Assembly: GCA_964618625.1 (NCBI GenBank) | Contig: CAZUBI010000002.1 | Span: 1 to 57,033 of the forward strand | DNA from: an uncultured Candidatus Saccharibacteria bacterium | GTDB taxonomy: Bacteria; Patescibacteriota; Minisyncoccia; UBA6257 | Direction of reading: 5' to 3' | DNA length: 57,033 nt | Part shown: positions 10,220 to 19,468 of the stretch, one piece after another | Position numbering within the stretch: position 1 is the stretch's first letter | Layout: each line of letters opens with the position of its first letter | Translations under genes and position numbers: made by a program | Notes under the pieces: generated by a model | Database searches by the model: none | Told to the model about the DNA's origin: nothing | Seen by the model: only the letters and a program-made list of their open reading frames with translations

Positions 10220-10459
10220 TTATTCTTTTTTCCTTTTCCAATGATCTAAAAGTTCAGAAACTATAGGTCCTTTTTCGTAGTTCTTTTGGCAAGGGAATTC
10301 TTTACAATCAAAGCAATAATCCAAATCCCTCTCTTTGACACAAGCAGGAAGAGAGCAGACTTCATTTGGCTGACATCCAAGACATTCTTTTGAGACATAT
10401 TTTGGGCATTTACTACAAACCAATCCGCAAACTCCAATTTTTAGTTCGTTGTTTTTCAT
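10220..10459 (-). CDS. Small Cys-rich protein, DUF3795-like
   Basis: CGLVCSKCP...CLGC...C...C......YCFDCKEFPC pattern. Confidence 0.75.
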   Translation of the reverse strand: MKNNELKIGVCGLVCSKCPKYVSKECLGCQPNEVCSLPACVKERDLDYCFDCKEFPCQKNYEKGPIVSELLDHWKRKKE

Positions 10460-10506
10460 AGAAAAAATAAATTTTTGCGATCTTTCTAAATTTATCTATA
10501 TTCTAC

Positions 10507-10530
10507 CAAAAAATCGCCTTGTTGGCGATT
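10507..10530 (-). terminator. Intrinsic terminator
   Basis: AATCGCC-AACAA-GGCGATT followed by TTTT on the minus strand. Confidence 0.6.
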
Positions 10531-10577
10531 CTTTAATGACTCCAAGAACTAAACCACGCATATCTACAACTAAATTA

Positions 10578-10916
10578 CTATTGATCTTTTTTTAATGCAC
10601 GACACTTTTCACAATTTTCTCTTATCGTGTAACTTGTGTCCAGAAATTCAAGCTTATACTCTTTTTCTAATTTGCGATGTAATTCCTCTAATTTACAATG
10701 TAATTCATCCATTTCTTCAAAAGAACATTGTTTGAGACCACTAATACAATTAGGACATTCATGGGATACACCCTTTGATGTTTCCCGATGAATATCTTCA
10801 ATTTTGTTTGTATAAAATCCACAATTTCCGCAAACAAAACATTCTTGTTTTTCCACAGATTCCTCCTTTTCTACATTATTCTTTGGTTGTAATTGTTCTG
10901 CCCCTATTTTTTCCAT
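10578..10916 (-). CDS. Hypothetical Cys-rich (probably Zn-binding) protein
   Basis: CFVCGNC, CPNC and CEKC motifs; family not recognised. Confidence 0.6.
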   Translation of the reverse strand: MEKIGAEQLQPKNNVEKEESVEKQECFVCGNCGFYTNKIEDIHRETSKGVSHECPNCISGLKQCSFEEMDELHCKLEELHRKLEKEYKLEFLDTSYTIRENCEKCRALKKDQ

Positions 10917-10978
10917 AATCTAATAATATATAAATTTATATAAGTTAAGTATTTCTTATAAAAATTTCTTAAATTAAA

Positions 10979-11055
10979 TGGTGCCCCCGGCAGGATTCGA
11001 ACCTGCGACCTTGACCTTAGGAGTGTCCTGCTCTAATCCACTGAGCTACGAGGGC
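10979..11055 (-). tRNA. tRNA-Arg(CCT), CCA encoded
   Basis: GCCCTCG/CGGGGGC acceptor stem, anticodon loop CTCCTAA, T-loop TTCGAAT; weak anticodon stem. Confidence 0.9.
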
Positions 11056-11064
11056 GAAGATTAG

Positions 11065-11139
11065 CGGGCCGGACGGGATTTGAACCCGTGACCTGATCCG
11101 TGACAGGGATCCGAGCACTCCAGACTGCTCCACCGGCCC
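11065..11139 (-). tRNA. tRNA-Asp(GTC), CCA not encoded
   Basis: GATCC-CTGTCAC-GGATC anticodon arm, G73 discriminator. Confidence 0.95.
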
Positions 11140-11161
11140 ATTTTAATATTCAATTAATCAG

Positions 11162-11235
11162 TGCCAGGGGTGGGAATCGAACCCACGACCTTAGCTTTAT
11201 GAGTGCTATGCTCTAACCGACTGAGCTACCCTGGC
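11162..11235 (-). tRNA. tRNA with CAT anticodon (elongator Met or Ile2)
   Basis: G1-C72 pair, loop CTCATAA, lacks initiator features. Confidence 0.9.
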
Positions 11236-11241
11236 AAACGC

Positions 11242-11262
11242 TGTATTGTATATTCTGTATTT
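11242..11262. repeat. Heptamer tandem array (x3) between tRNAs
   Basis: tgtattg tatattc tgtattt. Confidence 0.7.
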
Positions 11263-11268
11263 TTGTAG

Positions 11269-11561
11269 TTGCGGGGGCTGGAATTGCACCAGCGTCTCGA
11301 GGTTCTTAATACTACCATTTGTTACCAAATGGAATGGACTATCCCATCTCCCTTCTTTAATAAAGGGAGCTCCCATTATAGTCTCTGAACCTTCTTATTA
11401 TAACTTTTGTAAAGTTAAGCAAAGCTTGGCTGCTGATTGCCCTTAAAATATAAATTATCTTAAGGGGTTCCCGGCAATTTAGAGAGTTTTTCCACAGAAC
11501 GTTACCATCCTGGGCCACAAAATTTTATGGGCCTCGTGAGATACTACTTCTCCACCCCGCG
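11269..11561 (-). tRNA. Initiator tRNA-fMet(CAT) split by a group I intron
   Basis: Exons join to CGCGGGGTGGAGAAGTAGTATCTCACGAGGCCCAT|AACCTCGAGACGCTGGTGCAATTCCAGCCCCCGCAA, with the C1:A72 mismatch. Confidence 0.93.
11305..11526 (-). ncRNA. Group I intron (222 nt, IC3-like, no ORF) at tRNA position 36/37
   Basis: U at the 5' splice site, terminal G, internal guide GUGG pairing with CCAU. P AAATTGCCGGGAACC, Q GGCAATCAGCAGCCAAG, R GTTCAGAGACTA, S GGATAGTCC. Confidence 0.92.
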
Positions 11562-11567
11562 GTTTTT

Positions 11568-11596
11568 ATTATAAAAGAAAAATAGGTTAAATGCAA
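11568..11596 (-). promoter_or_regulatory. tRNA operon promoter TTGCAT-17-TATAAT
   Basis: Near-consensus hexamers ending 6 nt before tRNA-fMet position 1. Confidence 0.75.
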
Positions 11597-11599
11597 CTC

Positions 11600-12091
11600 T
11601 CACAGAGTATTTAATAATTCATCCCAAAATTTCTTATATATGTGTACTATTTCTTTTGCTCTATTTTGGCTCAAAGAAAAATTTTTGTCTCCAATAATCT
11701 TTTCTCTAATATTATGAAGCTGAAACAAAACTTCCAAATTTTGATATCCTCTCAATTTTAATTCATCTAAAATCTTTGTAAAATCATCTCCAGCATACCC
11801 CATAAAATTTAATGTTTTTTTCGCTATCGCTTCTGCCTTAAGTACTGCTAATTTCCATGAAGATTGATATGGTTCTTTTAAAAGTTCCCCAATTCTTTTC
11901 CATTCTTTACGACTTTTACCAGATAAAGAAAAAACAGGAATAATCCCCCACCAATTTTGCCATCTTTCTGCCCATTTAGTAAAAAGGCGTAATCTCCAAA
12001 AATAATAAATAATTCCGATTAATAACCAGCAACACATTGCGAGACAAAAGAATTTAAAATAAAAGAAATAAATAATAATAGATTCTGTCAT
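11600..12091 (-). CDS. Hypothetical membrane-anchored helical protein
   Basis: N-terminal hydrophobic segment followed by a WKLAVLKAE...GDDF helical domain; its start overlaps the gatA stop. Confidence 0.65.
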   Translation of the reverse strand: MTESIIIYFFYFKFFCLAMCCWLLIGIIYYFWRLRLFTKWAERWQNWWGIIPVFSLSGKSRKEWKRIGELLKEPYQSSWKLAVLKAEAIAKKTLNFMGYAGDDFTKILDELKLRGYQNLEVLFQLHNIREKIIGDKNFSLSQNRAKEIVHIYKKFWDELLNTL

Positions 12092-13494
12092 TATGAAATA
12101 ATATCTTCAATTGTTTTTGTTATATTTAATAATGAAAAATCAGAAAGATATGGCCCAATAATCTGCATGTTTATAGGTAAATTGTCTGCCTGCCCGCAAG
12201 GCAAATTAATTGCTGGCACACCAGCGATATTAGCGCTCACTGTAAAAATATCAGAAAGATACATTGATAATGGATTATCAATTTTCTCGCCAATCTTAAA
12301 AGGAAACGTTGGAGAAGTAGGAGTAATGAGAAAATCAACTTCCTGGAAAACTTTATCAAATTCTTCAGCAATTAATCTCCTTACCTGCTGAGCTTTTTTA
12401 TAATAAGCTTCATAATACCCGCTTGATAAAACATAGGTTCCTAAAACTATTCTCCGACGAACTTCTGCTCCAAATCCTTTCCCCCGGGTTTTAAAATATA
12501 TATCATGCAAATTAGAATAATTGCTAATCGGAGAATAACGAATACCATCAAAACGCGCTAAATTAGCACTTGCTTCAGCAGGCATTATTATATAATAACA
12601 AGACAAAGCATAAGAAGTAAAAGGCAAACTAACTTCTTTAATTGTCGCTCCTTGAGATTTAATTTTTTCAATTTTCTCTTCAATAGTTTTTTTAATTCTC
12701 TTGTCCAACCCTTTTTGAAAATATTCTTTAGGCAAACCAAAAGCTGTATTTTGTATTCTATATTGTGTATTGTGTATTTTTTCTAAATCATAAGAAGTTG
12801 AGTCCATTTGGTCTTTACCAGTAATGCTTTTAAAAATTATTTCCGCATCTTCCACACTTTGACTTAATGGACCTATAATATCCAAGGACGAAGCCAATGC
12901 AATAAGCCCATAACGAGAAACTGAACCATAGCTTGGTTTAAACCCAACCACTCCACAAAAACTAGCTGGTTGCCTAATTGATCCTCCGGTATCTGACCCC
13001 AAGGCAAAAACAGACATTTTACTTGCTACAGCTGCTGCAGAACCTCCTGAAGAACCGCCGGGAACTCTTTCCAAATCACATGGATTTTTTGTCGGGAAAA
13101 AAGCTGAATTTTCTGTTGAAGATCCCATAGCAAATTCATCCATATTTGTTTTTCCTAGTAAAATTGCCCCTTGTTCTTTTAATTTTTTTATCACTGTCGC
13201 GTCAAAAGAAGCTGTATAATTTTCTAATATCTTTGAGCCTGCAGTAGCCTTTATTCCATTAACCAACATATTATCTTTAACTGCGTAAGGAATCCCTTCT
13301 AAAATATTAATTTTCTTTCCTTTCTTAATCTTCTCATCTATTTTTTCTGCTTGTTGTAATGCCTCGTCTTTAGTCAAAGTCAAAAATGCTTTAATCTCAC
13401 TGTCTTTTTTATTAATTACTTGAAAATAACCACTGATTAATTCAGCAGCAGTAATTTCGCGATTTATTAACTTATTATGAAGTTCTTTAATCAT
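12091..13494 (-). CDS. gatA: Asp/Glu-tRNA amidotransferase subunit A
   Basis: Amidase signature GGSSGGSAAAVA, SDTGGSIRQPA, AVKDN, GKTNMDEFAMGSS. Start moved to the ATG at 13494 to avoid overlapping gatC. Confidence 0.97.
   Translation of the reverse strand: MIKELHNKLINREITAAELISGYFQVINKKDSEIKAFLTLTKDEALQQAEKIDEKIKKGKKINILEGIPYAVKDNMLVNGIKATAGSKILENYTASFDATVIKKLKEQGAILLGKTNMDEFAMGSSTENSAFFPTKNPCDLERVPGGSSGGSAAAVASKMSVFALGSDTGGSIRQPASFCGVVGFKPSYGSVSRYGLIALASSLDIIGPLSQSVEDAEIIFKSITGKDQMDSTSYDLEKIHNTQYRIQNTAFGLPKEYFQKGLDKRIKKTIEEKIEKIKSQGATIKEVSLPFTSYALSCYYIIMPAEASANLARFDGIRYSPISNYSNLHDIYFKTRGKGFGAEVRRRIVLGTYVLSSGYYEAYYKKAQQVRRLIAEEFDKVFQEVDFLITPTSPTFPFKIGEKIDNPLSMYLSDIFTVSANIAGVPAINLPCGQADNLPINMQIIGPYLSDFSLLNITKTIEDIIS
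12745..12779. repeat. Heptamer tandem array (x5) inside gatA
   Basis: tgtattt tgtattc tatattg tgtattg tgtattt, encoding KIHNTQYRIQNT. Confidence 0.85.
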
Positions 13495-13498
13495 AATT

Positions 13499-13783
13499 TT
13501 AAAATATTGGTGGTATTTTAAAATGATCATCTTTTAAAGAAGAGGCTGATCTTTTTAATTCTTTGCTTATATCTTGCTTCTGTTTATCAATTTGGTCTGA
13601 GCCACAAATATTTTCAAGTAAAGTACCGCCTGTCATTGGTTCCACACCATCAGTATTTACTTTTTGCAATTGTTTTACATAATCTAAAATATTCTCAAGG
13701 TCTGAAACAATCCTCTCTTTTTCTTGAGAAGATAATTCTATTCTTGCTAATTTTAGTAAATGATCTATTTCTGTAAAATCCAT
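13499..13783 (-). CDS. gatC: Asp/Glu-tRNA amidotransferase subunit C
   Basis: HLLKLARIEL...ILDYVKQLQKVNTDGVEP...FKIPPI; directly upstream of gatA. Confidence 0.93.
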   Translation of the reverse strand: MDFTEIDHLLKLARIELSSQEKERIVSDLENILDYVKQLQKVNTDGVEPMTGGTLLENICGSDQIDKQKQDISKELKRSASSLKDDHFKIPPIF

Positions 13784-13873
13784 AGTCGATGCTAATATAC
13801 GAATTGATGCTAATGATATGAATAGAGATTGTTACATTGCTAAATTGTTAAGGTTTGAATGTTTAAAAGTTTA

Positions 13874-13934
13874 AAGGCGAGGAGATGTTGTTGAAAAAAC
13901 TATAGCGATTAGCGTGTTTTTGAAACAATATTCC
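13874..13934. repeat. ~65-bp palindromic repeat family, copy 2 (intergenic)
   Basis: aaggcgaggagatgttgttgaaaaaactatagcgattagcgtgtttttgaaacaatattcc, similar to 53269-53337 and the reverse complement of 6182-6245. Confidence 0.9.
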
Positions 13935-13959
13935 GAACCTTTCAATTGGTATCGCATTA

Positions 13960-16053
13960 TTATATCATCTTTAGAAATTCTTTCTCATCAATAATTCTTA
14001 TCTTTAATCTTTTTGCCTTGGCATACTTAGTGCCTGGGTTTTCTCCTGCAATTAGATAATCTGTCTTTGAGGAAAGGGCTTTGTTCACTTTACCGCCTTG
14101 ATCTATTATTTTCTCTTTTGCTTGCTCGCGAGACATTGATTTCAAAACCCCAGTAATTACAAAAACCAAATCTTTTAATTTTCTCTTTTCTTTTGGAGTA
14201 GCTACGGGCAATAATTTTATGTCTTTTTGTCCAAGGTTCTTAAGAAACCCGATATTCTTTTTATTATTAAACCACTCATATACTGCCTGCCCTACTTTAG
14301 GACCAATAGAAGGAATTTTTTCTAATTCTTCTTGTCCTAAATTAGAACCGATTTTGATTAAATTGTAAATTGAAACTTTACCTGGATGAAGTCTTCTTTG
14401 AAAATATTTAGCTAAAAGCAATGCTGTTTCTTCTCCAATATGAAGAATGCCTAAAGCAAACAAAAACCGGTCTAATAATATATTTTTATTTGCTTGAATT
14501 GCAGAAATAATATTCTGGCTAGATTTTTCCCCGTATCTTTCCAATGGAATAATATCCCCTTCTTTTAAATCAAATAAATCAGCAGCATCTTGAATTAATC
14601 CTTCATCCAAAAATCTATCAATCAATTTTGGACCAATGCCTTTAATATCAAACGCCCCTTTTCCAATAAAATGATAAAGCCTTTTCTGGGAACGAGCAGA
14701 ACAATCCTTGTTAGGACAACGAACTAAAATTCCACCATCGTCTTCTTTAGTAGAATATCCACAAACCGGACATTTTTTAGGCATCTGAAAACCCTTTTCC
14801 TCTCCAGTCCGTAAATCCTTTAGAACTTTTACAACCTGAGGAATAACATCACCAGCCCGATTTACTATCACAGTATCGCCTATTTTTATTCCCAATCTTT
14901 TTATTTCTTCTTTATTATGAAGAGTAGCGCGGGCAACAGTCACCCCGCTTATTTGAACTGGTTTCAAAATTGCTACTGGAGTTAAAACACCTGTTCTCCC
15001 TACTTGAATAATAATATCCTCTATCATCGTTGTGGCTTCTTTGGAAGGAAATTTATAAGCTATCGCACCACGTGGAGCTTTACCAACTACTCCTAATTTT
15101 TCAAAATACTCATTATTATTTACTATAACAACTACTCCATCAATTTCATAGAGCAAATTGTCCCTTTGTTTCTTTATTTGTTTATGAATAGAAAAAATCT
15201 TTTCTAAAGAATCAACTTTTTTATTGTCATCATGAGTCTTAAAACCAAACGCTTTTAGAATTAAATGCGTTTGTTCATGTGTTTCCTGACCTAAATCTGT
15301 TACTAATTCATAGATATAAGAATCCAAATGGCGGCTTGATGTAATTTTTGCATCTAACTGTCGTATTGAACCAGCGGCAACATTACGAGGATTAGCGTAA
15401 GGGGAAAATCCTTGTTTTATTCGCTCTTTGTTGATCCGCTCAAATTCTTTTTTATCCAAAAGCACTTCTCCTCTCACTTCTAAATTGCGAGGAAAATCTT
15501 TTTCCAAGCGTTTAGCTATTTTTTTCATTCCTGCTTGAATTAAATTGTCAATAATCTTTTCGTTTTTAAATAAGCGCAAAGGAATAGCGTTAATGGTTTT
15601 AAGATTTTGCGTTACATCCTCACCTATCTTCCCATTTCCTCGAGTTGAACCAATTTCTAAAATCCCGTCCTTGTATTCTAAAGAAATCGCCAAACCATCA
15701 AATTTATACTCACAATAAAAATCTATTTTAGCTGAAGATGAAAGAAGTTTTTTTATCCTTTCATACCAATCATACATATCTTCTTCACTAAAAGCGTCAT
15801 TTAATGAAAACATCGGAACTTTATGTTCCGTTTTTTTAAAATTCTTTAATGGTTTTCCGCTTACTCTTTGGGTAGGAGAATCAGAAGTAATAAATTCTGG
15901 ATATTGCTGTTCTAAATCAAATAATTCTTTTTTTAAAGAATCTAACGCTTCGTCTGAAATTGTTGATTGGTTTAAAACATGATAAGCATAACGGTATCTT
16001 CGTATTGCCTCCCTGAGCTTCTCAATCCTCTTTTGAACTTCCAATTTATTCAT
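13960..16053 (-). CDS. ligA: NAD-dependent DNA ligase
   Basis: EYKFDG adenylation motif, STRGNG, C4 Zn finger, HhH motifs, BRCT domain. Confidence 0.98.
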   Translation of the reverse strand: MNKLEVQKRIEKLREAIRRYRYAYHVLNQSTISDEALDSLKKELFDLEQQYPEFITSDSPTQRVSGKPLKNFKKTEHKVPMFSLNDAFSEEDMYDWYERIKKLLSSSAKIDFYCEYKFDGLAISLEYKDGILEIGSTRGNGKIGEDVTQNLKTINAIPLRLFKNEKIIDNLIQAGMKKIAKRLEKDFPRNLEVRGEVLLDKKEFERINKERIKQGFSPYANPRNVAAGSIRQLDAKITSSRHLDSYIYELVTDLGQETHEQTHLILKAFGFKTHDDNKKVDSLEKIFSIHKQIKKQRDNLLYEIDGVVVIVNNNEYFEKLGVVGKAPRGAIAYKFPSKEATTMIEDIIIQVGRTGVLTPVAILKPVQISGVTVARATLHNKEEIKRLGIKIGDTVIVNRAGDVIPQVVKVLKDLRTGEEKGFQMPKKCPVCGYSTKEDDGGILVRCPNKDCSARSQKRLYHFIGKGAFDIKGIGPKLIDRFLDEGLIQDAADLFDLKEGDIIPLERYGEKSSQNIISAIQANKNILLDRFLFALGILHIGEETALLLAKYFQRRLHPGKVSIYNLIKIGSNLGQEELEKIPSIGPKVGQAVYEWFNNKKNIGFLKNLGQKDIKLLPVATPKEKRKLKDLVFVITGVLKSMSREQAKEKIIDQGGKVNKALSSKTDYLIAGENPGTKYAKAKRLKIRIIDEKEFLKMI

Positions 16054-16059
16054 AGCTCT

Positions 16060-16401
16060 TTAGAAGTTAACTTCAAGTCCGCGCCTCACTTTTTTTGAAA
16101 CTCCAATTGTTTTTATATTCCTGCTTTCATCAAAATTATCTTGGTAACTATAGATAGTATTATTCATCATCACTGGCGCAGAGGCGTCTGGATCATTTAA
16201 GCTATTGTAAATCTGCCACTCCATAGCTGAATCAGCAGCATAGAATGCTTTAACAGACTCTGATGTTTCTACAGATTGACGAAAATCTTTAATGAAAATA
16301 GCCATTAAAAATAAAGCAGATGCCATCACAGCGCCCAAAATTAAAATACTCATTAAAAATATCTGGCCTGAACGCTTTTTAAAAAATGAATTGTGGATCA
16401 T
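16060..16401 (-). CDS. PilX-like minor pilin (module 2)
   Basis: G|QIFLMSILIL helix and AFYAADSAME motif. Confidence 0.8.
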   Translation of the reverse strand: MIHNSFFKKRSGQIFLMSILILGAVMASALFLMAIFIKDFRQSVETSESVKAFYAADSAMEWQIYNSLNDPDASAPVMMNNTIYSYQDNFDESRNIKTIGVSKKVRRGLEVNF

Positions 16402-16420
16402 AAATTAAGAATTATATTAA

Positions 16421-16939
16421 TTAGATTTCTTCTCCTAGGTGTCTTGGGGTTACAGCGGTTTGTAAGTTAAACAAATATTCTTGCTGCCTGACACTGATAG
16501 AAACTTCTAAAATAATGATTATTACCGACTGAGAATCAGACAAACCTCCTTTATTATAAAATTGTGCATAATTAACTTTTAACGATGGATCAAACATAGA
16601 CATATAAGAACCGCCCTTGCTCGATTTTTCTAAGATATAATCATCAACATTAAAACGATAACAATATCTTTCCCAGGCTCCCTCTAAATAATAATCAAAA
16701 CATAATTCTTTGTTACCTGCTAAAATCTCAAAATTCTTTCCAACCCTAATTGAACGCGCCATAACTTCCAAACTATTCCTTATGTTATTTTCACTACTTA
16801 AAAGAGCGTAAGCAATTCTTTCTGAACGTATAACTGATATATATACCTGCGAAAGAACTATTATAGCCATTACAAAAAGGCTCATTGAAACCAATACTTC
16901 CACAAGAGTAAAAGCTTTTTGCTCTTTTTTGAAATTCAT
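16421..16939 (-). CDS. PilW-like minor pilin (module 2)
   Basis: A|FTLVEVLVSM class III signal. Confidence 0.85.
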   Translation of the reverse strand: MNFKKEQKAFTLVEVLVSMSLFVMAIIVLSQVYISVIRSERIAYALLSSENNIRNSLEVMARSIRVGKNFEILAGNKELCFDYYLEGAWERYCYRFNVDDYILEKSSKGGSYMSMFDPSLKVNYAQFYNKGGLSDSQSVIIIILEVSISVRQQEYLFNLQTAVTPRHLGEEI

Positions 16940-16970
16940 TGTTAATTATTTCCTGTTATTTGTTTGTTAT

Positions 16971-17495
16971 TCACAGTTTTAGCCAATTATATAAATGGTC
17001 TTCAACAGTTAAATCAAAATCAATTCTTTTGGTTTTCCATTGCATTATAGCCTCTACACGAATTTCATCATCATTAATAGTTGTAATTTTTATTTTCCTA
17101 TTAAAAGTCGTTGGTTCTCCAGTACTATAATTATAAATTTTAAGAGTATCATTATAAAGGAAAAAACGATTTTCGTCTTCTGCAATAGAAACTAATTTTA
17201 TAGATTCTTCACTATCAACTTTTGACTCAATGATGTATAAACCATCTTCTAATCCATCTCTCCAGCCCGCAGATTCTTCACCAAGCATACGTAAAAAATT
17301 AGAGTCTCTAATTTGCCGCGTTAATTCTATTCCTTCTTGAGTTAAAAAACTGACTGTTAATCTATCTTTAATAACAGCAACGTTATAAAGAGCTCTTGTG
17401 ACAAGAATAAACGCGGAAAGAATTCCAACAATCAAAATCGTAATAGCAATTAAAACCTCAATAAGAGTGAAAGCTTTTTGTCTTTTTTTTATCAT
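16971..17495 (-). CDS. PilV-like minor pilin (module 2)
   Basis: A|FTLIEVLIAI signal and LTQEGIELTRQIRD motif. Confidence 0.85.
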   Translation of the reverse strand: MIKKRQKAFTLIEVLIAITILIVGILSAFILVTRALYNVAVIKDRLTVSFLTQEGIELTRQIRDSNFLRMLGEESAGWRDGLEDGLYIIESKVDSEESIKLVSIAEDENRFFLYNDTLKIYNYSTGEPTTFNRKIKITTINDDEIRVEAIMQWKTKRIDFDLTVEDHLYNWLKL

Positions 17496-18052
17496 ATTCT
17501 TTGTAATTCTTTATAAATTTGTCCTGCTTCAGAAATTTGTATTTCGTAATATGCTCCAGGTTGGTTCTTTAATTGAATTTTAATACTTGCATTAGTCCCA
17601 TCATTTAAATCAGGATAAAATTTTATTCTCGGCTCTGGAGGAATAAATGCAATAGAAGAAATATTACTTTGAAAAATTTCCACCCCGTTTAAAAGAGTAA
17701 TTGTTTCAACTTCTTCATCTGGATCATATTTTTCATTTCCTATTGATTGACCTGGTAAACATAAATCTTTAAATAATAAGAATTGCTCTTGTGGAGTTTG
17801 ATCAACATAAATTCCCCAACCGCAAATTTGCTCGCTATCAGAACCTTGTTGCAACATCATCATTGCCTGACTTTGAGCTCTTCGTAATTCAAATGCAATA
17901 TGATCGCCTTCGCGGATAAGATTGCTGACAGTTTCGCTTTTTCTTGAATAAACCAAAATCATAGCACTCAAAGCCGTAATAATACCTAAGGTTACTAGCA
18001 TTTCAATCAGGGTAAAAGCTCTGCTTTTAAATTTTACCATTTTTAATTTCAC
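17492..18052 (-). CDS. FimT-like minor pilin (module 2)
   Basis: A|FTLIEMLVTL signal and LRRAQSQA helix. Confidence 0.85.
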   Translation of the reverse strand: MKLKMVKFKSRAFTLIEMLVTLGIITALSAMILVYSRKSETVSNLIREGDHIAFELRRAQSQAMMMLQQGSDSEQICGWGIYVDQTPQEQFLLFKDLCLPGQSIGNEKYDPDEEVETITLLNGVEIFQSNISSIAFIPPEPRIKFYPDLNDGTNASIKIQLKNQPGAYYEIQISEAGQIYKELQRI

Positions 18053-18057
18053 AATTT

Positions 18058-18951
18058 TTAGAATAATAAGGATAAATACCTCTCTATTATTATATCACCA
18101 AAAAACATAACTGTCAGGGCTCCAAAAGATAAAAATGGCGCAAATGGAAGATAGCTTTTCATGGTTTTTCTCTTTAAAAAAAGAAGTGTTAAAGCCACAA
18201 CTCCCCCTGATAAAAAAGCAATGATGAATGCTACCAATACTTCTGGCCATCCTAAAATAATGCCTAAAAACAAAGCTAAAATAGCATCACCCCATCCCAT
18301 AGCTTTCTCTTTAGTTATCCATACCAAGAAAGAAATAATTCCGCATGCAAAAATGATTCCAAAAAACATACAAATAAAATAAGAATAATAGCCAAAGATA
18401 AAACTTTTTTCACCTAGAAAATGCGTGAGATATGGAATAAAATAAAAAAATTCTTTCTGGATTAAAAATCCCAGGATTATTTTCCAAAAAAAACTAAAAA
18501 TTATTGCCGGAACTAATACTTCATTTAAAATTAAATATTTTTTAAAATCATAGACGGAAATGATAATTAAAACAGCAATCCAGTATAGCCAAATACAAAA
18601 GGTAAGAAAGATAAATAAACTCTCAAAAGTAATATTTTGCAACAAAGAAAAATTTATAAATGGAAAACGAAAAAAACGCCAAAAAAGAAACACAAAAGAC
18701 AATCCTGTCCCTACTTCCACTAAAGGATACTGCCAAGAAAGCTTATGCTTGCAAGAAAAACATTTGCCTCTTAGTAAAAAAAAACTAAAAACTGGAATCA
18801 ATTCCCACCAAAATAGAATCTTATGGCAATAAGAACAAAAAGAATGCCCCTTTACAGGGGATTCTTTCATATCAGCTCTATCAATGACAACATTTAAAAA
18901 ACTGCCAATTATGGTTCCAAAAATAAAAACCAAAAAGGTAGATGAAAACAT
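18058..18951 (-). CDS. pilD: Prepilin peptidase/N-methyltransferase
   Basis: GSFLNVVIDR, two CxxC motifs, catalytic Asp in SVYD and MGWGD. Confidence 0.95.
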   Translation of the reverse strand: MFSSTFLVFIFGTIIGSFLNVVIDRADMKESPVKGHSFCSYCHKILFWWELIPVFSFFLLRGKCFSCKHKLSWQYPLVEVGTGLSFVFLFWRFFRFPFINFSLLQNITFESLFIFLTFCIWLYWIAVLIIISVYDFKKYLILNEVLVPAIIFSFFWKIILGFLIQKEFFYFIPYLTHFLGEKSFIFGYYSYFICMFFGIIFACGIISFLVWITKEKAMGWGDAILALFLGIILGWPEVLVAFIIAFLSGGVVALTLLFLKRKTMKSYLPFAPFLSFGALTVMFFGDIIIERYLSLLF

Positions 18952-18966
18952 TATTAATATTATTTA

Positions 18967-19425
18967 TTATGGTCGGATACAATAAAACTCATCAGTACTA
19001 GAGCCACCACTGCCACAATCTAATCCATAAATAGAACCATCAATATCATCATCTAAAGTATGGTCTTCTGTTTCTAAAGTGGCCTTTAATACATAATCTT
19101 GATTATCTCCTGATACTCCATATTCATAAGTTTTATTGGGTGATAGAGGATCCTTAGGAACTCGTGTAACACCAATGCCTCCGGTAGTTAAAACAGTTAT
19201 TAAACCATCCCAGTTACTAGCATCAGGATAAGAATAACCTTTAGCATAATAAAGTTCTAAAGCATTCATGACATTATGCAAATCTGCTATTCTCCTTGAA
19301 TCTCTGGTTTTTGCCCTGGCCCCGCCCATTCCTACTAAAATCAAGGAGGCTAAAAGAGCAATAATAGTTATTACTATTAACATTTCAATTAGAGTAAATC
19401 CCTTGCTTTTATTTTTAAAATTCAT
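18967..19425 (-). CDS. pilA: Major type IV pilin (module 2)
   Basis: G|FTLIEMLIVITII signal, RDSRRIADL, ALELYY, VPKDP. Confidence 0.85.
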   Translation of the reverse strand: MNFKNKSKGFTLIEMLIVITIIALLASLILVGMGGARAKTRDSRRIADLHNVMNALELYYAKGYSYPDASNWDGLITVLTTGGIGVTRVPKDPLSPNKTYEYGVSGDNQDYVLKATLETEDHTLDDDIDGSIYGLDCGSGGSSTDEFYCIRP

Positions 19426-19468
19426 TGTTGTTTTTTTTATTATTTGTTAATCTTTTATTGCTAGCTAT

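Noticed and set aside
11246-11446. 66-aa plus-strand ORF over the tRNA-fMet intron
   Set aside because: Antisense to a structured intron and tRNA exon, with no coding signal.
11600-13783. gatC-gatA without gatB as a broken pathway
   Set aside because: gatB is frequently unlinked, and its absence from one window is uninformative.
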